Part shown: positions 11,544 to 19,848 of the stretch, piece after piece | Layout of the letters: every line of letters begins with the position of its first letter | How positions within the stretch are numbered: position 1 is the first letter of the stretch | Origin: Escherichia coli | Lineage (GTDB): Bacteria > Pseudomonadota > Gammaproteobacteria > Enterobacterales > Enterobacteriaceae | DNA: 64,000 nt | NCBI RefSeq assembly: GCF_016026235.1 | Contig: NZ_CP065613.1 | Strand: one strand, 5' to 3' | Made by a program: the position numbers and the translations under genes | Notes under the pieces: generated by a model | The model's input: only the letters and a program-made list of their open reading frames with translations | Told to the model about the DNA's origin: nothing | The model's database searches: none

Positions 11544-11664
11544 ATACTTTGGCTGACATTTTTTTCCCTTAAATTCATCTGACTTACGCATAGTGATAAA
11601 CCTCTTTTTCGCAAAATCGTCATGGATTTACTAAAACATGCATATTCGATCACAAAATGTCATA

Positions 11665-11676
11665 GTTAACGTTAAC
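11665..11676. promoter_or_regulatory. Putative CscR (LacI-family) operator, palindrome GTTAACGTTAAC (copy 1)
   Basis: Perfect 12-bp palindrome centred on CG in the cscA-cscK divergent control region. Confidence 0.5.
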
Positions 11677-11727
11677 ATTTGTGATATTCATCGCATTATG
11701 AAAGTAAGGGACTTTATTTTTATAAAA

Positions 11728-11739
11728 GTTAACGTTAAC
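11728..11739. promoter_or_regulatory. Putative CscR operator, palindrome GTTAACGTTAAC (copy 2)
   Basis: Second identical palindrome 63 bp from the first, 35 bp upstream of the cscA ATG. Confidence 0.5.
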
Positions 11740-11773
11740 AATTCACCAAATTTGCTTAACCAGGATGATTAAA

Positions 11774-13207
11774 ATGACGCAATCTCGATTGCATGCGGCG
11801 CAAAACGCACTAGCAAAACTTCATGAGCACCGGGGTAACACTTTCTATCCCCATTTTCACCTCGCGCCTCCTGCCGGGTGGATGAACGATCCAAACGGCC
11901 TGATCTGGTTTAACGATCGTTATCACGCGTTTTATCAGCATCACCCGATGAGCGAACACTGGGGGCCAATGCACTGGGGACATGCCACCAGCGACGATAT
12001 GATCCACTGGCAGCATGAGCCTATTGCGCTAGCGCCAGGAGACGATAATGACAAAGATGGGTGTTTTTCAGGTAGTGCTGTCGATGACAATGGTGTCCTC
12101 TCACTTATCTACACCGGACACGTCTGGCTCGATGGTGCAGGTAATGACGATGCAATTCGCGAAGTACAATGTCTGGCTACCAGTCGGGATGGTATTCATT
12201 TCGAGAAACAGGGTGTGATCCTCACTCCACCAGAAGGAATCATGCACTTCCGCGATCCTAAAGTGTGGCGTGAAGCCGACACATGGTGGATGGTAGTCGG
12301 GGCGAAAGACCCAGGCAACACGGGGCAGATCCTGCTTTATCGCGGCAGTTCATTACGTGAATGGACTTTCGATCGCGTACTGGCCCACGCTGATGCGGGT
12401 GAAAGCTATATGTGGGAATGTCCGGACTTTTTCAGCCTTGGCGATCAGCATTATCTGATGTTTTCCCCGCAGGGAATGAATGCCGAGGGATACAGTTACC
12501 GAAATCGCTTTCAAAGTGGCGTAATACCCGGAATGTGGTCGCCAGGACGACTTTTTGCACAATCCGGGCATTTTACTGAACTTGATAACGGGCATGACTT
12601 TTATGCACCACAAAGCTTTGTAGCGAAGGATGGTCGGCGTATTGTTATCGGCTGGATGGATATGTGGGAATCGCCAATGCCCTCAAAACGTGAAGGCTGG
12701 GCAGGCTGCATGACGCTGGCGCGCGAGCTATCAGAGAGCAATGGCAAACTCCTACAACGCCCGGTACACGAAGCTGAGTCGTTACGCCAGCAGCATCAAT
12801 CTATCTCTCCCCGCACAATCAGCAATAAATATGTTTTGCAGGAAAACGCGCAAGCAGTTGAGATTCAGTTGCAGTGGGCGCTGAAGAACAGTGATGCCGA
12901 ACATTACGGATTACAGCTCGGCACTGGAATGCGGCTGTATATTGATAACCAATCTGAGCGACTTGTTTTGTGGCGGTATTACCCACACGAGAATTTAGAC
13001 GGCTACCGTAGTATTCCCCTCCCGCAGCGTGACACGCTCGCCCTAAGGATATTTATCGATACATCATCCGTGGAAGTATTTATTAACGACGGGGAAGCGG
13101 TGATGAGTAGTCGAATCTATCCGCAGCCAGAAGAACGGGAACTGTCGCTTTATGCCTCCCACGGAGTGGCTGTGCTGCAACATGGAGCACTCTGGCAACT
13201 GGGTTAG
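11774..13207 (+). CDS. cscA: CscA sucrose-6-phosphate hydrolase / invertase (GH32)
   Basis: ORF MTQSRLHAAQNALAKLHEHRGNTFYPHFHLAPPAGWMNDPNGLIWF... with the GH32 WMNDPNG motif. Confidence 0.95.
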   Translation: MTQSRLHAAQNALAKLHEHRGNTFYPHFHLAPPAGWMNDPNGLIWFNDRYHAFYQHHPMSEHWGPMHWGHATSDDMIHWQHEPIALAPGDDNDKDGCFSGSAVDDNGVLSLIYTGHVWLDGAGNDDAIREVQCLATSRDGIHFEKQGVILTPPEGIMHFRDPKVWREADTWWMVVGAKDPGNTGQILLYRGSSLREWTFDRVLAHADAGESYMWECPDFFSLGDQHYLMFSPQGMNAEGYSYRNRFQSGVIPGMWSPGRLFAQSGHFTELDNGHDFYAPQSFVAKDGRRIVIGWMDMWESPMPSKREGWAGCMTLARELSESNGKLLQRPVHEAESLRQQHQSISPRTISNKYVLQENAQAVEIQLQWALKNSDAEHYGLQLGTGMRLYIDNQSERLVLWRYYPHENLDGYRSIPLPQRDTLALRIFIDTSSVEVFINDGEAVMSSRIYPQPEERELSLYASHGVAVLQHGALWQLG

Positions 13208-13214
13208 CATAATA

Positions 13215-14210
13215 TCAGGTGGAACAACGGATCAACAGCGGGCAAGGGATCCGCGTCACACTTCCCCCTTCACGACCTTCAATAATATGCAATGCAGCTT
13301 CCCGCCCGATAATGTCATGTGGAAGCTGAATTGTGGTCAGCGGCGGTAAAAACAGATGCCCGACACCAACCAGATTATCAAAGCCCATTACGGCGACATC
13401 CTGCGGGATACGTACCCCCTTCGCCAGGAGAACCTGATAAGCCACAAAGGCTGCGCGATCGTTACCACATATCAGAACATCAAAATCTGGTTTGCCCGAT
13501 TTGAAGTGGTCATTGAGTAAACTTGCGAGATCGGTGTAGTGATCATCACCTGTTGCCATGTGAAATTGTTTCACCTCAGCCAGATCTCGTCCAGCATCAC
13601 GCCAGGCCTGCTCAAATCCCTGCCGACGATACCCCGTTGCCAACGCACTTTCCGGTAGCCAGAAGCATAACGGTTGACGATAGCCCGCCGCGAGCAAATG
13701 CTGTGTTGATTCATATTGTGCAGTGTAATCATCAGGGATATAACTGGGTAACGCTGGGTCATCCGCCACACAGTTAGCCAATACAATATTTTCACCATAC
13801 AGAGACTCAGGTAGCGTGATATGTCGCAGCCCCATTGTAGTATAGATAATGCCATCCGGACGGTGGGCAAGCAGCTGACGTGCCGCGCGGGCAGCGTCAT
13901 CTTCAGAAAAAATATTGATTAAAAAACTATTCCAGCCGAACTCGCTGGCGGTTTGCTCAATGGCAAGCAGAATATCAACAGAGAAAGGAGTGGTAGCCGT
14001 GTCCTGCGCCAGCACGGCGAGAGTCGACGGCTTACGTCCTTGAGCGCGCATCTTACGGGCGGAAAGATCAGGAACATAATTCAGGGTCTGGATTGCCTGC
14101 AATACGCGGTCACGCGTTGCAGGACGCACAGATTCTGCATTATGCATCACCCGGGAGACTGTCATCATCGACACTCCCGCCAGGCGTGCGACATCCTTTA
14201 ATGAAGCCAT
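13215..14210 (-). CDS. cscR: CscR sucrose operon repressor (LacI family), 331 aa
   Basis: ORF trimmed to MASLKDVARLAGVSMMTVSRVMHN... (N-terminal HTH of LacI type). Confidence 0.9.
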   Translation of the reverse strand: MASLKDVARLAGVSMMTVSRVMHNAESVRPATRDRVLQAIQTLNYVPDLSARKMRAQGRKPSTLAVLAQDTATTPFSVDILLAIEQTASEFGWNSFLINIFSEDDAARAARQLLAHRPDGIIYTTMGLRHITLPESLYGENIVLANCVADDPALPSYIPDDYTAQYESTQHLLAAGYRQPLCFWLPESALATGYRRQGFEQAWRDAGRDLAEVKQFHMATGDDHYTDLASLLNDHFKSGKPDFDVLICGNDRAAFVAYQVLLAKGVRIPQDVAVMGFDNLVGVGHLFLPPLTTIQLPHDIIGREAALHIIEGREGGSVTRIPCPLLIRCST

Positions 14211-14440
14211 ATCCAAGCCGTTTGCCGTAAAACGGGCACTGTAGCAGAAACAGACGTCACTGGCGAGATCCAACGCCCTATCACCTGTCACGGCAATACA
14301 ATAAAAAATAACAATAATTGCCGAATAATTGTACCCAATTCCGCCTCTGTTCTCGCCAACGAGTAACCATATAGGCAAGTAAGTAAAACATGCCAACTGG
14401 CATCGCCAACCTGGAGAAGAAAATATAAATATGGATCATT

Positions 14441-14659
14441 GTGCTGCCGCTGTATCCCGACATCAGCCCGGAAATTATTGCGATTGCTATCGGTTCAGGT
14501 GCAATTGGCTGCACGATCGTTACGGACTCGCTTTTCTGGCTGGTGAAACAATATTGCGGCGCTACGCTCAATGAAACATTTAAATACTATACGACAGCGA
14601 CATTTATCGCTTCAGTCGTCGCTCTGGCGGGCACATTCCTGCTGTCATTTATCATCTAA
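14441..14659 (+). pseudogene. dsdX: dsdX remnant: only the C-terminal ~72 codons of the D-serine permease (GntP family)
   Basis: Frame opens right after a stop and reads ...[71 protein letters not shown], immediately upstream of dsdA. Confidence 0.8.
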
Positions 14660-14676
14660 GCGCAAAGAGACGTACT

Positions 14677-16005
14677 ATGGAAAACGCTAAAATGAACTCG
14701 CTCATCGCCCAGTATCCGTTGGTAAAGGATCTGGTTGCTCTTAAAGAAACCACCTGGTTTAATCCTGGCACGACCTCATTGGCTGAAGGTTTACCTTATG
14801 TTGGCCTGACCGAACAGGATGTTCAGGACGCCCATGCGCGCTTATCCCGTTTTGCACCCTATCTGGCAAAAGCATTTCCTGAAACTGCTGCCACTGGGGG
14901 GATTATTGAATCAGAACTGGTTGCCATTCCGGCTATACAAAAACGGCTGGAAAAGGAATATCAACAACCGATCAGCGGGCAACTGTTACTGAAAAAAGAT
15001 AGCCATTTGCCCATTTCCGGCTCCATAAAAGCACGCGGCGGGATTTATGAAGTCCTGGCACACGCAGAAAAACTGGCTCTGGAAGCGGGGTTGCTGACGC
15101 TTGATGATGACTACAGCAAACTGCTGTCTCCGGAGTTTAAACAGTTCTTTAGCCAATACAGCATTGCTGTGGGCTCAACCGGAAATCTGGGGTTATCAAT
15201 CGGCATTATGAGCGCCCGCATTGGCTTTAAGGTGACAGTGCATATGTCTGCTGATGCCCGGGCATGGAAAAAAGCGAAACTGCGCAGCCATGGCGTTACG
15301 GTCGTGGAATATGAGCAAGATTATGGTGTTGCCGTCGAGGAAGGACGTAAAGCAGCGCACTCTGACCCGAACTGTTTCTTTATTGATGACGAAAATTCCC
15401 GCACGTTGTTCCTTGGGTATTCCGTCGCTGGCCAGCGTCTTAAAGCGCAATTTGCCCAGCAAGGCCGTATCGTCGATGCTGATAACCCTCTGTTTGTCTA
15501 TCTGCCGTGTGGTGTTGGCGGTGGTCCTGGTGGCGTCGCATTCGGGCTTAAACTGGCGTTTGGCGATCATGTTCACTGCTTTTTTGCCGAACCAACGCAC
15601 TCCCCTTGTATGTTGTTAGGCGTCCATACAGGATTACACGATCAGATTTCTGTTCAGGATATTGGTATCGACAACCTTACCGCAGCGGATGGCCTTGCAG
15701 TTGGTCGCGCATCAGGCTTTGTCGGGCGGGCAATGGAGCGTCTGCTGGATGGCTTCTATACCCTTAGCGATCAAACCATGTATGACATGCTTGGCTGGCT
15801 GGCGCAGGAAGAAGGTATTCGTCTTGAACCTTCGGCACTGGCGGGTATGACCGGACCTCAGCGCGTGTGTGCATCAGTAAGTTACCAACAGATGCACGGT
15901 TTCAGCGCAGAACAACTGCGTAATACCACTCATCTGGTGTGGGCGACGGGAGGTGGAATGGTGCCGGAAGAAGAGATGAATCAATATCTGGCAAAAGGCC
16001 GTTAA
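14677..16005 (+). CDS. dsdA: DsdA D-serine dehydratase (PLP-dependent)
   Basis: 442-aa [47 protein letters not shown]... Confidence 0.95.
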   Translation: MENAKMNSLIAQYPLVKDLVALKETTWFNPGTTSLAEGLPYVGLTEQDVQDAHARLSRFAPYLAKAFPETAATGGIIESELVAIPAIQKRLEKEYQQPISGQLLLKKDSHLPISGSIKARGGIYEVLAHAEKLALEAGLLTLDDDYSKLLSPEFKQFFSQYSIAVGSTGNLGLSIGIMSARIGFKVTVHMSADARAWKKAKLRSHGVTVVEYEQDYGVAVEEGRKAAHSDPNCFFIDDENSRTLFLGYSVAGQRLKAQFAQQGRIVDADNPLFVYLPCGVGGGPGGVAFGLKLAFGDHVHCFFAEPTHSPCMLLGVHTGLHDQISVQDIGIDNLTAADGLAVGRASGFVGRAMERLLDGFYTLSDQTMYDMLGWLAQEEGIRLEPSALAGMTGPQRVCASVSYQQMHGFSAEQLRNTTHLVWATGGGMVPEEEMNQYLAKGR

Positions 16006-16112
16006 TAACGTTTCAACGCAGCATCGCCATCCTTTCCCTGGGTGAGCGATGCTGCCGATGGCGCAGACTTAAGATCCCCAGTCTTACCCGCTATAACCCC
16101 CTGCTTTTACCA

Positions 16113-17651
16113 TCACCCAACGCCTTTCGCTGTAAACGGCGGTTTCGCAAACCACACCAAAACCGTAAGTAAGATAAAAGCAATAGCCGCCATACGGAAA
16201 ATCTCATTTGCAGAAATAGAAAGTGACTGCTGGGTTATTTCATTATTAATTTCATTAAGAACTCCTGAAAGCGAACCATAGTATTTATCCATAATTTGTG
16301 ACGATGAATTAAACACGGGGTTAAATTGATCGATGGTTGCTGTCAACTGACTATGGTGTAACGATTCGCGTCGTCCCCACAGCGTCATTGTCAACGACGT
16401 ACCAACGGATCCTGACAAGGTACGAAAAAAATTACTCATACTCGAGGCATTGGCAAATTTATTATCTGGCAAGCCTGAAAACGAAATCGTTGTTAAGGGT
16501 AAAAAGAAACAGGCAACGGCGAATCCCTGAAAAAACTGCGGCAAAATGATACCTGTAAAATCAATCGTTGGCATAAATGTCACAGAACGCCAGTAATAGC
16601 AAACCGCATACATCAAAAAACTAAATGTCACCAACACCCGCATGTCAATTTTGTTGCCATAACGTCCTATCAAAGGCGAAATCAATAGTGGCATGATGCC
16701 GATGGGCGCATAAGCAAGTCCGGCCCATATCGCATTATACCCCATCGTTTCCTGGAGTAACTGCGGCATAAGGACTATCGCTCCAGAGTAAAATAAATAC
16801 GCGCAGGTGATACTCACAATACCAATGGTGAAATTACGGGACTTAAACAAACTGAGGTCAAGAATCGGGTTCTCTGAGGTCGACTCCCAAATGACTAAAG
16901 AGATCAGAGAAATAACTGATACTACTGTTAATATTATTATTGTACTCGAGTTGAACCAATCCAGATCGCGCCCTTTATCAAGCATAATTTGCAAGCCACC
17001 AACACCGAGCACTAACAGGGTCAGTCCTGGTAGATTCATTTTGACCGGTGAAGTCTCAGTTTCTCTTCCTTTAAGTAAGGTTAAGCATAATGTCAGGACG
17101 ATAATCCCCATAGGGACATTGATTAAAAATATCCAACCCCAGCTAAAGTTATCGCAAATATATCCGCCTAATATCGGCCCACATATCGGAGCGATAATCA
17201 CGGTCATTGACCATAATGCCAGAGCAAATGTTCTTTTTTCTGGTGGATAATTCCTTAATAATAAACTCTGTGACAGTGGAATTAACGGCCCTGCCATTAA
17301 CCCCTGAACGACTCTAAAAAATATCAGCACATCAAGATTGGTCGATAAACTACACATTAATGAAGACAGCGAAAAAAAAGTGACTGAAAGTAAAAATAAC
17401 CTTAATTCGCCTATTCTTTGTGCCAGCCTGCCGGTAACAGGGATCGCAATGGCATTTGCTACGCCAAACGAGGTGATAACCCAGGTGCCTTCGTCTGTTG
17501 ATGCTCCCAGAAAGCCAGATATTGTCGGTATTGCGACGTTAGAAATAGTGGAATCCAACATTTGCATAAACGTCGCTAATGACAATGCAATAGTGACGCA
17601 CCATAACGTCCCACCGGTTAATGGTGCCGGAGTTGATTTAGTGATTGCCAT
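16113..17651 (-). CDS. emrY: EmrY multidrug efflux MFS transporter (14-TMS, EmrB-like)
   Basis: 512-aa membrane ORF MAITKSTPAPLTGGTLWCVTIALSLATFMQMLDSTISNVAIPTISG... Confidence 0.9.
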   Translation of the reverse strand: MAITKSTPAPLTGGTLWCVTIALSLATFMQMLDSTISNVAIPTISGFLGASTDEGTWVITSFGVANAIAIPVTGRLAQRIGELRLFLLSVTFFSLSSLMCSLSTNLDVLIFFRVVQGLMAGPLIPLSQSLLLRNYPPEKRTFALALWSMTVIIAPICGPILGGYICDNFSWGWIFLINVPMGIIVLTLCLTLLKGRETETSPVKMNLPGLTLLVLGVGGLQIMLDKGRDLDWFNSSTIIILTVVSVISLISLVIWESTSENPILDLSLFKSRNFTIGIVSITCAYLFYSGAIVLMPQLLQETMGYNAIWAGLAYAPIGIMPLLISPLIGRYGNKIDMRVLVTFSFLMYAVCYYWRSVTFMPTIDFTGIILPQFFQGFAVACFFLPLTTISFSGLPDNKFANASSMSNFFRTLSGSVGTSLTMTLWGRRESLHHSQLTATIDQFNPVFNSSSQIMDKYYGSLSGVLNEINNEITQQSLSISANEIFRMAAIAFILLTVLVWFAKPPFTAKGVG

Positions 17652-18814
17652 TAAAGTTGTCCATTATGCGAAATAATGTTGCTAATTTCTTTTTCTATCG
17701 GACTGGTATCGATAACTAAAGCCTTACTGGTATAAGCCGGCATGGACGTCACGGTTGAAGCCAGCTCAGGCATCTCAGCAATGTCTTCGTTCTTCGTATC
17801 AATAGTTGCAGTCATCGATAAACCAATGCGCAAGGGGTGTTCCATGAGTTCTTTTGGATCAAGAGAAACTTCAACCGGTACACGCTGAACGATTTTGATC
17901 CAGTTCCCTGTCGCATTTTGTGCAGGTAATAAGGAGAACGCATTGCCGGTTCCCATATTGATCCCTGTCACCCGGCCATGAAACACAACATTCTCACCAT
18001 AAAGATCGCTGATAATATTGACCGATTGACCAATCCGTACATCCGTGAGTTGTGTTTCTTTAAAGTTGGCATTAACCCACATTTGACGTGCTGGTACGAC
18101 AGCCATTAACGATTGTCCGGGACTCACTGTTTCGCCGACCTGAACACTTCGCTGGGCAATATAGCCGGTAACCGGACTCTTAATATCCGTACGTTTAAGC
18201 GCCAACCAGGCTTCTTTGGTTGCATCCGCAGCTTCAACGACTTGTGGCTGACGGTTTAATGGTGTGTTCATTACTAAAGCTTTATTCGCTTTATAAGCCT
18301 GGATAGCGGCATTCAATGCCGCTTTGCTACTTATTAACGTATCTTTGGTATGCTCCAGCGTTTCTTTTGAAATAACCCCCTGCTTCGCTAACGGCACACG
18401 ACGGTTATAATCTTCTAAAGATTGTTGATACTGAATACGTGCTGAAGCGACTTCGGCACTGTATTGTTTATCCTGTAAGTACAGTTTATTCGTTTGCCGA
18501 ACAATATTTGCCAGATTATTTTTAGCTTTATTGAGTGCGATAGTGGCATCAGTTTTATCCAGTGAAACTAAAATGTCACCCTGTCGAACGTAGTTTGTAT
18601 CTTTATGATTAACTACAGTGACACTACCTGAGACTTGTGCAGAAATTGGATCTGCATTCCCCGTGACATAGGCGTCATCTGTACTAATCATGTCTTCTAA
18701 TTCCATTGACCAATAGGCATAAGCACCTGAAAACGCAATAAATAAAACTATCGCCAATAAAGAAAAGTATTTTCTTCTGTTAGAATGTTTTTTATTTGAA
18801 TTAATCTGTTCCAC
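17651..18814 (-). CDS. emrK: EmrK membrane fusion protein (EmrA-like)
   Basis: 387-aa ORF MEQINSNKKHSNRRKYFSLLAIVLFIAFSGAYAYW...; overlaps emrY start. Confidence 0.9.
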   Translation of the reverse strand: MEQINSNKKHSNRRKYFSLLAIVLFIAFSGAYAYWSMELEDMISTDDAYVTGNADPISAQVSGSVTVVNHKDTNYVRQGDILVSLDKTDATIALNKAKNNLANIVRQTNKLYLQDKQYSAEVASARIQYQQSLEDYNRRVPLAKQGVISKETLEHTKDTLISSKAALNAAIQAYKANKALVMNTPLNRQPQVVEAADATKEAWLALKRTDIKSPVTGYIAQRSVQVGETVSPGQSLMAVVPARQMWVNANFKETQLTDVRIGQSVNIISDLYGENVVFHGRVTGINMGTGNAFSLLPAQNATGNWIKIVQRVPVEVSLDPKELMEHPLRIGLSMTATIDTKNEDIAEMPELASTVTSMPAYTSKALVIDTSPIEKEISNIISHNGQL

Positions 18815-18987
18815 TATTATCTCTCATTTCGCATAGATGAAATTTATGAATTGAATGAAAAGAGTATTCATTCTTCATATCAAACACAGTGCATGTGTTG
18901 CACATTATCCCAGGAACGTTGGAGGCCTAATTTAAATGAGGTGCAAAAAAAACAACAGAGGACTAAACCGTGGCTTTTGCAATACAA

Positions 18988-19005
18988 TTCTTACGCCTGT
19001 AGGAT
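18988..19005. promoter_or_regulatory. Putative EvgA box (TTCTTACG-CC-TGTAGGAT inverted repeat) in the emrK-evgA divergent region
   Basis: Matches the reported EvgA half-site pattern TTCPyTACA with a 2-bp spacer; identified by eye. Confidence 0.4.
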
Positions 19006-19229
19006 TAGTGAGAAGACTTATAGTGCTAACTTGAAACTATAAATCATCGGTATAATCCCTGATTTTATTGTTGACATTTCATATATGCCGACTATTTATA
19101 TGGTATACTTGTCGAATTATCTTAAAGGAAGCTCAAATTTTCTTATTTTTATTGAGAAAATGAGATGATGCCTTATGTCTGTATTACTACAGGGAGAAGG
19201 GAGATGCTTCATTGCAAAGGGAATAATCT

Positions 19230-19844
19230 ATGAACGCAATAATTATTGATGACCATCCTCTTGCTATCGCAGCAATTCGTAATTTATTGATCAAAAACGA
19301 TATTGAAATCTTAGCAGAGTTGACTGAAGGCGGAAGTGCCGTTCAGCGGGTGGAAACACTTAAGCCTGATATCGTCATCATTGATGTCGATATCCCCGGA
19401 GTTAACGGTATCCAGGTGTTAGAAACGCTGAGGAAGCGCCAATATAGCGGAATTATTATTATCGTCTCCGCTAAAAATGACCATTTTTACGGGAAACATT
19501 GTGCTGATGCTGGCGCTAATGGTTTCGTGAGTAAAAAAGAAGGCATGAACAATATCATTGCGGCTATTGAAGCTGCAAAAAATGGCTACTGCTATTTCCC
19601 TTTCTCTCTCAACCGGTTTGTTGGAAGTTTAACGTCCGACCAGCAAAAACTCGACTCCTTATCGAAACAAGAAATTAGTGTCATGCGCTATATTCTTGAT
19701 GGCAAGGATAATAATGACATTGCTGAAAAAATGTTCATCAGCAACAAAACTGTCAGCACTTATAAAAGTCGCCTGATGGAAAAATTAGAATGTAAATCAC
19801 TGATGGATCTTTACACATTCGCACAACGTAACAAAATCGGCTAA
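19230..19844 (+). CDS. evgA: EvgA response regulator (NarL/FixJ family)
   Basis: 204-aa ORF MNAIIIDDHPLAIAAIRNLLIKNDIEILAELTEGGSAVQRVETLKPDIVIIDVDIPGVNG... Confidence 0.95.
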   Translation: MNAIIIDDHPLAIAAIRNLLIKNDIEILAELTEGGSAVQRVETLKPDIVIIDVDIPGVNGIQVLETLRKRQYSGIIIIVSAKNDHFYGKHCADAGANGFVSKKEGMNNIIAAIEAAKNGYCYFPFSLNRFVGSLTSDQQKLDSLSKQEISVMRYILDGKDNNDIAEKMFISNKTVSTYKSRLMEKLECKSLMDLYTFAQRNKIG

Positions 19845-19848
19845 CCAC

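Larger units (their letters stand above)
7447..14440. other. argW-adjacent sucrose-utilisation (csc) island: cscB-cscK / IS4 / cscA / cscR, abutting a dsdX remnant
   Basis: Starts directly 3' of tRNA-Arg; contents differ from the K-12 arrangement (prophage after argW, then dsdC-dsdX-dsdA). Confidence 0.8.

Noticed and set aside
16006-16112. Inverted repeat CAGCATCGC...GCGATGCTG after dsdA
   Set aside because: The loop is about 18 nt and there is no following T-run, so it is not convincing as an intrinsic terminator and does not match the REP consensus.
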